Positions 13,856 through 26,790 of a stretch of 64,000 nucleotides of DNA are shown one piece after another. Location: positions 62,001 through 126,000 of the forward strand of contig NMRA01000686.1 in NCBI GenBank assembly GCA_002633005.1, in the 5' to 3' direction. The notes below the pieces were generated by a model, which was given only the letters and a program-made list of their open reading frames with translations, made no database searches and was not told where the DNA came from. The translations under genes were made by a program, and so were the position numbers. Numbering within the stretch: the first letter of the stretch is position 1; each line of letters begins with the position of its first letter. The stretch is from Phoronis australis (lineage: Eukaryota; Animalia; Phoronida).

Positions 13856-14008
13856 TCATGGATGGCACATTCGTTGTTAAGTTTGAGTTGGACTTCGACC
13901 AGGAGGTAACCAATCCGGATATGCTCCAGAAGTTGCTTACAAGTCAGCTAGAGTCCCGGTTGAACCTGCTTGACCGCGTGAAAGATTTGGAGGTTAAGAG
14001 GTCAAGTG
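13856..14008 (+). CDS. Exon encoding the first half of an SEA-like module (MDGTFVVKFELDFDQEVTNPDMLQKLLTSQLESRLNLLDRVKDLEVKRSS)
   Basis: tgcag acceptor, gtatgt donor, phase 1/1; strand-helix-strand pattern ending ...V(K/R)xGS-like, as in SEA-type modules (recognised by eye). Confidence 0.65.
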
Positions 14009-14397
14009 GTATGTCTCATCCTTCAGCGAATGTTTTAAAATCAGCCCAACATCGTGAACAAGTGACAAGGTTTTGGTTGATTAAGTTTGAAAGTTTACTT
14101 TCGAAAGACAAGAATCCCGTTCTGAACATTGGCAACTACATGTCAATGTGAACTCAATTCATCTTGAATAATATTGTCGTGGCCGCGTCATGTGTGCAAC
14201 GTTTGTGTTTCTGTTAGGTGATTGGATAGAGGCTTTAGTAGCATTGCTTGATGTTAGGCGAATATAACGGATTTGAAAACCTACAAAGCAGATAACTTTG
14301 TCCGGTTTTTGATTTCTGATAGCCCACCGGTCACCTTCCCCAGTATTTGGTCGTGAAATGACACCATCACGCTGGGTGGTGCTTGCCTGTGAGTTTA

Positions 14398-14697
14398 CAG
14401 TGGAGGATCTAGGATACCATAAGTGGGGGCCCAATACGTTGCCTCGGGGAATTGGGCAAAGCGCGAATGTATTTGCACAGGCAGCCGAAGGTTCCGGGAC
14501 CGGAACTGTGGACCTTCTGTTCGGAAACCCTATCATTAGACTAAAAAGGAACACGATTCCGCTGTGACCTGGGTCTGAGCCCATCCCCCACATCCTCTAG
14601 CGGTCTTACAGTGTAGTTGCTCACGCTTTTCACTGGTGCTGTTTCATTTTGCTTGCGGCAGCCAAGGGGGGGGGGAACCTGCACCCTTAAATCCACT
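14398..14697 (+). mobile_element. MITE (cagtggcggatctaggataccataagggggg family)
   Basis: Reverse complement of 43520-43777; short TIR cagtgg(a/c)ggat...atccact. Confidence 0.65.
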
Positions 14698-15010
14698 CAT
14701 GGTTTACTTTTACAAACCAGTCTTACCTGACCATACACTAAACCATTATTTCAATTCCATATTATTCATTTCAGGAAATTACGTCTGCCTTCATCGGAAA
14801 CCATTAAGAATTCGTTTTCAACTATCAAACCATAGATTACGCTCATCAGATTTGCAAGTCCGAAATTTGTCTTTGGAATATCCCAGAGGAGGCGCTAATT
14901 GCCTCGATTACCATTCTTGGCCTCTGGTTAGCGTAAAATGACGTGCAGTGCTTTAATGTATTTCAATGTCTACTACAATGAAATATAAATGCTATCGGCA
15001 TCGAAACGTT

Positions 15011-15277
15011 TCTAGTTTAAGTTTGCCCTTGAAGACCATTTTATTCGTGCTACAAACTGGAGTAAAAACTCGAAATTTCGAGTTCAAACTCGAACTTATT
15101 GCTTTAATATTGGGTTTACAATCTGTGAACTAAGGGCAATAAATTATCTAAGTAAGTTATTGTGTACTCAAGCATAGAATAATAGACACTTATCTTGAGT
15201 TCGCCCAAAAGTAGAGTAGAAAATGCCAAACCTAATTTCGAGTTCCATTTTGAGTAAAAAGATTGGAGACCGGGCAC
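15011..15277 (+). mobile_element. Partial copy of the Harbinger-type MITE at 33688-34088
   Basis: Near identity to 33822-34088, ending gattggagaccgggc. Confidence 0.8.
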
Positions 15278-16203
15278 CGATATTTAAATTGAAGTATGAT
15301 GAATGAAAGGCAAATTACACATAAGTGGAAGGATATTTTTTGTAACGTCGACCATTTGAATTGAGGGTAAATTTCTCGACATGGGGTTGCTTGATGAAAG
15401 TCAAAATTTTATCGTAGGCAGGCACATGATTTCCCAGGCAGAAAAATTTGCCCTTGGCTCATAACTATGTGTATAATAAGAACCATAATGGTTGGACACT
15501 AAAACTTTTTCTAGCCTAAACTCCCTTCTTCAAATGACGCAGATCCAACTAATTATCTTCACTGAAATATATAAATATGGTCATAGTATAACATATACCT
15601 GTCTGTCATCCCACATTCATAGGAATACTGCTGCCATATCCTACCGGCAATTCCTTTTTTTGGAAATGTCCCAACGGTGCACCTATTTATGCCATATATA
15701 AGCACTAATATGGCAATACTTTGTTGCTGTGTTTTCCTAATTGTTGTTATATGACGTCATGTGTACGATCGTCGAAGCTTGTTAAGTATCAGTCCATGGA
15801 TCCACCGACCACGGTACAGCCAAAAAAAGCGGCAAGGAGGGGGTCAGCCATTCAGAACCATGTTTAGTCTAATACCAGACATTAGCAATTACAGAAATTG
15901 GGCGAAATATTACACCACAAAGTTTGGTGGTTTAGGAGATACTAGCCTGGAAGTCTACTGAGGGGCAAAATGAAGCAATTTCTTGTTGCGAAATGAGTCA
16001 TTTTTACAAATATGTTTACAGAAGTTGCTGATTCAGAGTCATTTCTGACAAATTTTGATATCACATGATACATGTAGGTTCATGACCAAGATAAGCAAAA
16101 ACGGCACTGACACTAAAATATCGGTTACAGTTGGAACACTGGAGCGGTTTCAGTGGAGGTATAATTCATGGTCGTGAAAAACCAGGAGTAAGTTATACCC
16201 TTT

Positions 16204-17626
16204 AAACCTAAGTCACGCCGACAGGAGGCGCTTTCCAAAACGAGGCGCGCTACCACAGCTCTGTTAGCTTATCGGCATAGTTGTATTTCAATCCGCGTTG
16301 CTCCGCGAACGGCTAGAAAAAAATACGGACACTCAACTGTCTGCTTTACAATCCCTAAAGACGTTGAGATTCAGAAGTGTTGGGTCGTTGCCATACGCCG
16401 GGACGAAGCAAATTATGTCCGTTTAAAATTGATAAATGTTTTAGAAAATTGAGATCACATTTTGTCGCATCTCAGTTGCCAAGCATCGTAGTTAACGACC
16501 GAAGAATGGCCATCCATTCTGTGTTTTCATGACTACGGGTTGAAACATTATAATTTTTCTATCCAAAAACGACAGGGCCCTCAATGCCTCGGCCCTATCC
16601 CCCTCTCAAAAATATTGAAAAATCACGCGAAATTCCTCCCACGAGGCATAAAAATTCGCTTAGTGAAAAAATCTCACAGAACGTACGAGAGCTTGCAACA
16701 CGGCGGAGGTGCTATTGATGGTGATCAGGAGGTATATTGTTCCCCTCACTCGGCGACAAAATCCCCTCTCAGAAGGCACTGGCACGTTTCCCCTCGGTTG
16801 AACGAGGCTGCTGGAGAGATATGATATTTATGATTGCTTTGTGCGGTTAACTGAAATTGAGATCTAAAACGAGGTTATGCTTTGGACGAATGGAAAAATG
16901 TGTTTTAATTTTAAAACTCAACTTGGTCCAGAATGATATTTGAAACCTAACACATGAAATACTCGTAAGAATTGTTAAAACCAAGAAAGCAGAATTGATC
17001 GTCAAATAATTTTTATTTTCAATTACCAGCCAGGTTATATATTTTGATAAAAAATATATCAAATAACATCAATTATTCCTTCAGATCAATGACAAATCAA
17101 CTGTCAGTCCCAGTGAGGGCCTACCTCACCAGGAACAGGCTATGCTTGATGTACATGTATTCTTGATCAACAAATTAAACCAGATATGACTAATTGCACA
17201 TGACAGCTACATGTATCACTGTCGAATGTGTCTTCAACTCGTCAAGAATACGAGCAGGTGACCTGATTCGTGCAGAAAGCATTTTGGTCAACAATTTACA
17301 AGAAAAAACGTACACCTGCTTTCAGCAAAATACCCAATCCGTAACACTACGATCGCCGCAATTTGGTCATATTTACTTTTCATGTTTCGAACCTAGTTTT
17401 CCGAAAAAAATTAAATGTATTCGTCAGACAACTCTTTGGCACCTTAACTTGTTCTCTAATTTAATTTTCTACGTCTCTGTGGTTAAATGTCGAGACATTA
17501 TTAAAATTTAATGTCCAGGTTGGACTCGAAAGACCGGCTATTTAACTGACGCAATTTCAACTTCCGCTTTGATCATAGCAGTGAACCTCCTTTTGGATTT
17601 TAGTGTCCGCCGCGTGAATTAGGTCT
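16204..17626. mobile_element. Second ISL2EU-like element, inverted relative to 4882-6643
   Basis: Reverse-complement similarity over its length; THAP remnant CFTIPKDVEIQKCWVVAIRRDE at ~16340-16410; ends gcgtgaattaggtct|at. Confidence 0.75.
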
Positions 17627-19549
17627 ATACCGAAGCTGCCCCCACGAAAAATGTACATTTAACTGGTATAGTAGGTAGGTACAGTGTTCAAACTTTTATC
17701 GCACGGCAATTGTAATGCCAACCGTGTTGCGAAAGTATTTTTTCCATGACCATTTTTTACAAAAACGCTGTCTAATTGGAACAGACAAGCCGATTTTTCA
17801 TTTCGTATGGTTATTTGTTGATAACAACATTGATGTGGTAAATAATTCTCCGTACAAACAGCCACCTCAAGTTTGTGACAAAGAAGAAATTCACAGTGTT
17901 GCCAGCGGCATTGCGATTTACCATTTTCGCAGTCAGACTACATCTCCTTAAGTGTAATTCCCTGACTTAATGGGTTTTGTGTGGTTGACTCTGTCCTGTA
18001 TCAATTAAAGTTTTGAAAAGGTCTACATTCATTTGTTTATTAGAGTCATAACATTTGAATTTTGACTGTACAATTGTCTTTGTATTGTATTATAGAAGCA
18101 TATTTTGTAGTATACTAATCTCTCCTTGGTGTTTAATATTTTTTCACAAGTAATATTTTTAACTTAGATTTGTTGCCTGTGAGGTAGAAAACTTTAAAAT
18201 GAGATAAGGAATTAAATTGTTAAACGTATTATTTTTTAGGTGTGTGATCTTCCAATAAGCGATTACTTTTGAAATACAAGTGCAGAATTTGATATCTACA
18301 TGTACTCATCATTTAAAAGAGAATAAATCCATAAACCTGCTTTGTCTAGAACTATTACTGAAACTGCACATATGGGATTGGGGATAGGAATCTTAATACA
18401 ACCGAATCTGAACCCAAACCATGAGCAATACAACACATACATGTATATAAAATTTGGGGTTTATGTTCCAGGGGAAGCATTCGTGTGCTTGGTAAGAGTT
18501 ACTTTGGTGCGTGATACGTGTTTGTGGATACTTTGGGATTGCTCTTCTGTTGTCATCCCCGGGAAACCTGGTTGCATAGAGAAAAACAGATTTGCATCTT
18601 CATTGTTCCCGTTGTTATAATAAAGATAATGACAAACATTAACGGCAACGGTCAGAAGCACGCCCAAGATTCTATATCCATGTGACATGTGTTGTTATAT
18701 CCAACGATCACACAACAACAGAAAACGATGATACGACCGATGTGCATTATACATGCGACGAATTGCCATGGACAGTTATTGAGCTAGCCTTGTCTTTCCA
18801 ATGTTTTCAGAGAACTGCAAACACGGTATTTTAGAAGCGAGGTATCCGAAATTCTCATCAGAGATTCAAATTTATATGTTATGGGGGAATGACACAAATA
18901 ACCTATTAATTACTTAATCCAAATGTCTTGGTACGCACTGCAAACTAACACAACGTGCTATTTCTCCTTTACACTTCCTCTATAGAATCTTCCGCGTCAT
19001 GGCTCTGTTGTACACCTTCCTCTGTACACTGTAGCAAGTTTTTTAGCTTCAAATACTATAGCTCATCTGAATATCGATGGGTGGCGCAGCACTGAAAAAA
19101 ACGTGGTGGTTAAAGCCACCACAGCCCCCTGTGGTCCATCGCCTACAAACCATGTGCAGCGTAACACTGAAAAATTAGGGGCTATAGCCCCCTAGGCTCC
19201 TGTTGTGCGCCGCCCATGAATATTCTGTAGATTTCAGCCCAAATTATAATAATGTACTTAACTAACGATTGCATAATTAAAACCATATGAATATATCCAA
19301 TCATGTCATTGACCGTTACATGTTTGACTTGCTCTCATAAATTTCTAGAATCTTTAGTGTGATTTGATTCCAGGACCAAAGTAATAAACACCATCTAAAA
19401 GTAGATGGTGATGTTTAAATAACAAGTTTGACCCCATGGTTTAAAAGTACATAAGCACTGTTTTTGGGCACTTAAAAATAGATCTATCTTTGATAATAAT
19501 AATATTTATTCTGACAGACATCAAAACAGTATTGATCTATACACTAGAC

Positions 19550-20110
19550 AAGGCCGTCGTAGTGATTTGAGATCCTCCACCCCATATGCATTTCCTCCGT
19601 CGTTCAGTCAGGCAGTCAGAAGGTCTAGAGTCATGATGTGCCTCAACAACTGGAATTCTCTTCCAGTCTCTGTGAAATAAAGCAACTCTTTTACGAGTAT
19701 AAAAATAATTTTAGAACTGTTTTTCATAACACCCTTGACTAAATTCTTCCTCCCCAGCGATAACGAAATGGCATTGTACAGATCAAGATGTGGCCTTTTC
19801 CTCAACTCTGACAAGTTCAGGCACAACTTTAGTAATGTCTCTCCAAACTGTAAATGTGGTGACCATCAATCTTATCCTCATATTTTCTTCAAATGTCCCC
19901 TCATCGAATATCTGAGAGACTCAATCTTTCGTGCACTCAATGAAAACCAATCAATTGCTAACGCTCTCAGTTCTAGTAATAATATCCCTACTAGAGTTAA
20001 ATTATTACTGAATGGTAGTCCTAACCTTGACCTCGTTCTCAACGAATCCCTCCTAAGCAACGTCAGTAATTTTTTTAGTATCGTTTATCACTATTGTTGC
20101 GTCTGATTTC
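19550..20110 (+). mobile_element. Non-LTR retrotransposon (CR1/L2-group-like) ORF2 C-terminal fragment
   Basis: WNSLPVSVK motif followed by RCGLFLNSDKFRHNFSNVSPNCKCGDHQSYPHIFFKCP zinc knuckle; stops present. Confidence 0.75.
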
Positions 20111-21754
20111 CATTCAAGAATCTGTACATATTTTTGTTTTTTATATTTGTAATAGCAAATCTACATGTAAGCATTAGAATACTTATATTAGATACTACTT
20201 AATTGTATATCCCTCTATGTATATTAGTTTCATTTATGAATTGTTTAAATCCCAGATATAGTGCTTCGCGATTTCTGGGTTTGTCATTACATGTATTTCT
20301 TTGTATGTTCTTTGTATTCTTCGATAAATATATATCACTTTAAAAAATCGGCAATATAATGGACATAAGATTTTTGCCGAATAGTTGAGACGAACCCAAT
20401 ATTTCCCATTTGTTTTATCTGAAGTTGCCACCTTCATCGTCGTGATTACTAATCCGCCATTTCGACATCTGCAATAACGGCATGTCGGCCAGATGGTGAA
20501 GTCCGTATTCATTTCTTAAGCAATTAAACACTGTCCAGCTCCTTCCACTAGGAGCTTCATACACAAACAGTGGAATTTAATTAGATCTGCTGCTCCACTG
20601 TGTAATCCACCATCACAGCTTGTATGCGTTGTGTTACGGTATTTCCTCATTATGGCCAGACGGGCTTAAAGTTAACGTTCAATTTAGTCTGACGGGCGAC
20701 AATTTACGTTTTATTTTCAACTTCAATTCCATCCTGGACTAGGTATTCTGGGTATTTGAAATAGTAAGTTATTTATGCTTGGTCGTCTCGATAGGAAATG
20801 TTTTAATCAGTCGTGAGGAACAAATTGATCGACAACATGTAACATTATCTTAGGCAGTGTGTGGAGCACAGAGTCCTATTTCAAAACGAATATCTTTTTA
20901 AAATTGAACTACAAGGACCAACATCTAATCCAAATATGTCGATGATCTAATTGTTGTTAACTGGTAAAAGACCGTCCAGTCTTTTACGTCTTTTGGTTAC
21001 TTTACTATACACTAACCTAAGCGATGAAAGCGAGAGTAGGCTCGTCATATGGGGCATGCTGATCATTTTGTTTTACAAAAAAATATTCGAAAAAGTCTGA
21101 TTAGGTTGCATTTAACGCAAACCATTGCATACATTGTAGGTTTGTTTTCGGTTACTGCTGACGGTAACCTTGTAATGCTGTGACTGACAGTTCGAGCAAA
21201 AAATCGAAGTGAGAATTTCCAACTATCCGACCGCCAGTTTTCAGTTTGCTCATGATGTTTACTAATGGTTACAGCCGTGCAAAAGTCATGTTTGAATTTT
21301 GTGACAAACTACGACAAAAATACGGATGCATTTCGTTAAGGCCTTCTACAGACCCACTGCCACAGATGTCGGTTTATTTTAACTGCCCCAGATCGGCCAG
21401 CTTACCTACTTGATCGGCGACATTTAGAAGGATGTGTAATGTTTTTGTAACTGTGCAATTGCAATGGTGACTCCACTAGTTTCCGCCATTTTCTATAATG
21501 AAAACAAAATTTTCGTCTACAGGTGTGGTCACCTGGCTTGTTAATTCGCGTTTAGACCTTGATCCCACTGGTCACCCGCTATTTAATCTAGGAAAACTGA
21601 AACTAAACTAAAATTTGGAAGTCAACAAAAACTTCGAGGGGAATGTCGGGACAATTGTTGTCTGACGTTGATCGTTGCATTCGCGACTTCGTGGCGACTT
21701 GAAATTTTATTCAGGTTATCAAATACAATCTGAGGTCACATTTGCCGTCTACAG

Positions 21755-22095
21755 GTTGCCAAATCGAGCTCTGTTGAATAGCAGGCTCATACGTAACCTG
21801 TCGATGGAAGTCATTTCTTTCACGCACACTTCGAGTTTCAAAATATTGCTTTGTGAGTGTTTAAAAATCAGAACTTTTGAGAACCATCTCATCTTTTTAG
21901 AGAACGGTGGCTCCTCACTAAAGGTTAGGTTTCGTCTTCTGCCGAATGATCCAACTGCCTTGACGTCGACATCAACTTTAAAGGCTGTTACCGAGCTCAT
22001 GAGATCGATCAAGGGTGGTATGGCTTTGAGAGATCCCGATCAGAGGCTTTTACTAGTCCTACCGAAAACGTTGCTAATCATCCCACAGCGTGCTT
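21755..22095 (+). CDS. Exon(s) encoding an SEA-like module (LPNRALLNSRLIRNLS...ENGGSSLKVRFRLLPNDP...ELMRSIKGGMALRDPDQRLLLVLPKTL); possible 48-nt intron 21853-21900
   Basis: tacag acceptor at 21754, gtaagt donor at 22096; GSxxVxFxL + helix + LxLxDP pattern; internal in-frame gtgagt...tttttag. Confidence 0.6.
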
Positions 22096-22585
22096 GTAAG
22101 TATTGGTGGTGTACGGTATGTGTGTGTTATAACCAATTAGTTGCACAGAGCAGTATTGTCAGTATTGCGTCTGTGCGATAAGGCTCTCAAGACGAATCTG
22201 ACTTATGGACCAGTATGAACATTTGCTGGATTTCACGAAACAAGATTGCGCTACTTTTTGAGAAAACGATAGACTCTCATAAGCAACCATGAGATCGCCA
22301 AGTAGTTGAAAATACATGTATGATTCGCTGGGTGGTCAGGTGGCATGTACAGAAAGTTCATGAAAACAGGAGTTTTGGTTTTAAATCTCATACTGTTGTT
22401 TGTCAGCGTCACCCACCAGGACACTTAAAATAAGGGCTCAAAATAAAGCGTTGGGATTAGACCGACCACACGTGTCGCTTGAAAACGAAATATTTGGATA
22501 GAGCTCTGAGGTATCCTAGGACTTCACGTGCAAGCCAGAATTAAATCGTCGGCAGGTTGTATACAATGATGTATTTTATTCCAGA

Positions 22586-22781
22586 TCGTCGGGAAGACGA
22601 AACGTTCACAATCGACAATCGTAAAGAAGTGTTAACAGGAGATAAAGACGAGGAAGAATATAAGGCTGGCGAACGAAAAACTAATGGCGCTGCTATGAGG
22701 AAAGGGCTCCATGTACCATGGCTTGCATTTGGATTCGGAATTCTGGCAATGGCAAACACGCTGCATCAACACACGGATTAG
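22586..22781 (+). CDS. Terminal exon of plus-strand gene with a GPI-signal-like C-terminus
   Basis: ttttattccag acceptor in phase 1; acidic linker, then NGAA, spacer and hydrophobic VPWLAFGFGILAMA before TAG. Confidence 0.65.
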
Positions 22782-25235
22782 AACAATTGACAAAGGAATG
22801 CTGGACGACATGGAAACTTTAGTCAGACTGAGGAAAGATGCAATTGAATAAGAATTCACCTAAAACGCCCTGTAATAGAACACCAACTATAGATGAATAT
22901 AACAAAAAGTAAACGTCACAGCACCAGTCGCTTCATCTTTGCCTAACCAGTAAAGTCGCGGCTTGTATTATTGTCTCTTTACTATTGGAGTTTTTGAAGA
23001 AGGCATCAGTTGACACACAGTAAAAGAAACAGATACCAGACCTACGTCTTAGGTAGAAGCAAGGCTTTTCTCATGAAAATTGAAGTGTGACTTAAGTTAG
23101 AGGTTGGTCATACGCTCTACACGGCTATTTCTGCTAAAACAACTAAAGCTCACTTCAGCAAAAGTAGAGTCCCTTAGAATATGCTCTTAACTGAATGTTA
23201 GTTACTAAGGGTAATTTGTACGTCCGTCTCTATATTGTTTTGGGCCCATAAGTACTAGATTGCATGAATGAAGTTTGAAATGGGAGCTAAGACCAAAGTC
23301 CTGCCAATCGTGTTACGTCACTTTCATGATTACTCAAACCGTGTCCAAAACGGTCCAACACAGATAAAAGATTTTGATCCCCAATCGCATCATGTATGGC
23401 GTCACCTGGTAAAAGGAATGCCAAAACTTCATGTCGTAACAAGACAACATTTCAAACCAAAGCCGTCTTCCCCAAACAATGAAACACAGTTTAAAGCATT
23501 TGACTTTTGATCTGCTACATTTTTTTAAAACTTTATTCGTTCTCACAGCCAAGATTATCGCTGGTCTGCACGCATCCTGTAGGCCCCAGCAGGTGACCGA
23601 GTAAACACAAGTCTGGAAAAGGTTTCTACCTGTCTAGTAGTTGAACGCGGCACTTCCTCCTAACCGCGCAGCCTTGCGTGACATTAGGAGAATATAATGG
23701 ATTTGAAAAGAAATTCGACGCATTCAGCTTTGTCGGTTTTATTGAATCCTGTTATTTCGTTATAAAGTGACGTTATCACGGTGGGTAGTGTTTCCATAGG
23801 AGTTTATTTGGCTACCAGCCTGACCTTACACTAAAGCATCACCTTTGTTGTCCGCTACATGTGTTTGTAGCTGCATTTATCGGAGAACATTTAGAATTCA
23901 TTTTGAACGACAGACTATGGACAACAGATTCTTAGCACTGACATTTTCTCTGGAATATAGCAAAGGAGGCACCACCCCCCTTGTAAGATACTTTACGTTN
24001 CCCCCCACATTACCGATGTCATCTCCTGATTAGTGTTTTGTGACGGGGAACAGTTGCATCTTTTTTACTGTTAAGTACAACGAAAAATAATGTTGGCACT
24101 CCAAAGTTGTTCGAAGTCTTCTAATTGGTATAATTCTTGGAATCGTAAGCACGTTTAACAATGTTACAGGTCGGGTAATTTCACAATTAAATTTTAGTGA
24201 TATCTGATTTTGTCATCTGCATGCTAAAACGATATTGCTATGGCATCTGCAATTCTGACAGCCGGTATGCAGCTAGAGAGGGACATTTTGTCACCTTTCG
24301 GTCATTTCCCAAACCGAAAACTCATCTCGAGCGGTTAAATCTATGAATTGAGCTCCATGGGCGGCCACACGTACAGATCAACGAAGCAATGTTGCGTGAG
24401 TATCCCCAGGCTAGACATAAGTTTGCCGGCTGTAGAGTAGGTCTGTCGGCGTCATATGGCTTAGCACCTGCTTGATCCCAGCACTGACACAGGCACTAGC
24501 CCCAACGGTAGTTTATGACAATTTAATATAATGGACATCGTTTTTTTTTGTAGCAAAAGTGACAAACAATTTTTATTTTCGTTTGTTATGCGTATACCGT
24601 ATGCTGGTGCCCAACTGAACTTTCCTCCAAAAATTGACATATTTGATCGGCGTACAGGATTACCGACATAAAAACCTTGTTTGAGCGGATGCCACGAAAA
24701 AATAAACAGGTAAAATTATTTTTGTTGAGAACGTCTAGTTTACACTTGTCTATAGTTTGACAGAGCTCCTTTTGCAGTTGTTCTAACACGACATTTGAAT
24801 TTATGAAGCATTAAGATTTTTTTGTAAATAGCCATTTTTTGTTTTTGGGTGCCAGTGTCTGCCCTTTTGTAACCATGCCACAACTTAGTGAGCTTTTGTA
24901 ATCATTCAACAACGTGGTGATAATGCTACTTTTCAAATTAACTGAAAGCTACTATAAAGTAATGAAACTACAAAAAATACTTGTGAATTTCACCAGAAGC
25001 TAGGTCTAATTTAAATGTCTTAATGGAGCCACATGACCGGTTTTTGGCATATCAAAGTTTTGAATTTAGACCACTTTCGGCAACAAAATTAGTTTCATTT
25101 TGTTCTGTACTTGGATTAAATGTGACCTCTGGGAAAGGGAGAAACAATGTTAAGTGGTCAATTTTTGAAAGCTAAAGTTAGTACTTGGAATGCTAAAATT
25201 CAAAACTGATTAGTTGTTGGTATTGTCATAGACCA

Positions 25236-25320
25236 TAGGTGGTGTAGTGGTAAAGCATGCTCGCTCTATTCGCTTGGTAGTGACGCACAACTTGTGAGTT
25301 CGAGTTTCTGGTATCTTGCA
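25236..25320 (+). mobile_element. tRNA-derived SINE head
   Basis: ggtggtgtagtggtaaag (A box) ... gagttcgagt (B box); related reverse copy at ~29590-29640. Confidence 0.5.
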
Positions 25321-25514
25321 TTTTTCCTGTTTTCCACGTTCTGTTAATTTTATTTTTTTTGCTTTTTTCTTGGATAATACTTGATTTTAGAGGAAAAAAC
25401 AGAAAAAATTTCCAGAGCGGGAGGGGGGGCAAACCCTCCTCCCGACCTCCCCCATTCGGTGCTATGCGCATCTACAATCGTGGTTTGCGCAAATGCTTAT
25501 AGCCGGACAAAATG

Positions 25515-26790
25515 TTGAAACTTAATTTTATTTGTTAAAACTTAAGTTTTAAACATGAAAAAACTTAAGTTTTCTGAAAAACTTAAGTTCTCTGAAAAAC
25601 TTAACCTCTAAAACTTAAGTTATTTTCCAAAAACTTAATTTTGTTCGCCAAAAACTTAAGTTTGCAGCGAAAAACTTAAGTTCATTTTTAAAAGGGCTCA
25701 CATACATGTACAGACATGCCGACATGGATTCATTCTGTGTGAGAAATTATCTAAACTTCTTAACGCGTAATATACTTCTGGAGGTCCATCAGAGGAAGCC
25801 ATAACGTTCACATGAGGCTAATACTCTATTAAAGTTATGTCCTCTGAGGTTGTGTCAGTGAGCATCAATGCAAGGGGGGACTACCAAGGCAAAGTGTAAT
25901 CATTTCCCAAGTTGGGAATATTGGCATTCGTTTTTTGTGCTTACGTCTATGTTCGTAGTAATTCTTGGAAGCTCCTGATTTTGAAATCTCATATCACTAC
26001 ATGTCAATAATTTGCAAGATTCACTTGCCTCATCCACGCACCCATCCTAAAATATGGGGGGTTCTCAAATTTTGGGCATGTTGACCTTTTACTAGGCTAT
26101 ACAACGTGCCCTAACCAAGCTGTCACTCTTAGACCTGGAGGCTCACACCATTATCTTTACCACCGATTCCATGGCAGTGTTGATGAAAGTTCAATCTGGA
26201 AACCTCCCAGGCAACAGGGGTGTCTTCCGATCACGCCACCCTCATCATGTAGTGATCTGGTCTTTCGTACCTGGCCACGCCGGTGTCTTGATTAATGAGC
26301 GTAAAGATTACCTCGCTGGCTCATGCACCACCAACCAACCCCTCTACTTATATTCAGCTGACGTTAATCTGCTGGCCCGCAAACGCAACCTCCAGCAGAC
26401 TGCATCCCAACTGGCTGAGTTCAATGATGGCAGCCGACTGCTCGAAGCCGGTATTATTTATGACCATGCTGCGAAGAGTCACAAGAAGAGCAGTGCCCGA
26501 GTGCTGTCAAATAAAATGCTTACAGGCAACGTCAGCCCTGGAGTTCTGCGCCCTGGAGTTCTGCCTGTCACGGGGATGTTCTGGGGAGGGGAATAATGCA
26601 CCAGCATATCCCCAATGATCCTGTCCGTGACAGGTATTACAGGTATTACAGGTATTACTAAAAAAACGGGATATGTTCAGAGCTGTGCACAGTGCATTCC
26701 TGAATTACAGCTTTTTAGTGGAATTGTGTCTCGTTTTCTCAGTTTTTTTGTTTCTATGAGGCTGAACTTTTCATGCCCACTATGGTGGAC
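25515..26790 (+). mobile_element. Foldback-like repeat with AAAACTTAAGTTTT arrays (homologous to 49645-50130), interrupted by a LINE fragment
   Basis: Palindromic 14-mer array at 25515-25690; 25715-26093 and 26658-26780 match the contiguous 49648-50130. Confidence 0.7.
26095..26657 (+). mobile_element. 5'-truncated RNase H-bearing non-LTR retrotransposon (I group, Ingi/Nimb-like) 3' end
   Basis: IIFTTDSMAVLMKVQSG...WSFVPGHAGVLINERKDYLA RNase H motifs; 3' stem-loop; (AGGTATTAC)3 tail; empty site at ~50025. Confidence 0.8.

Noticed and set aside
14775-14941. Acceptor plus open frame after the first SEA-like exon
   Set aside because: Resembles 23870-23975, suggesting a repeat fragment; lacks the expected SEA second half
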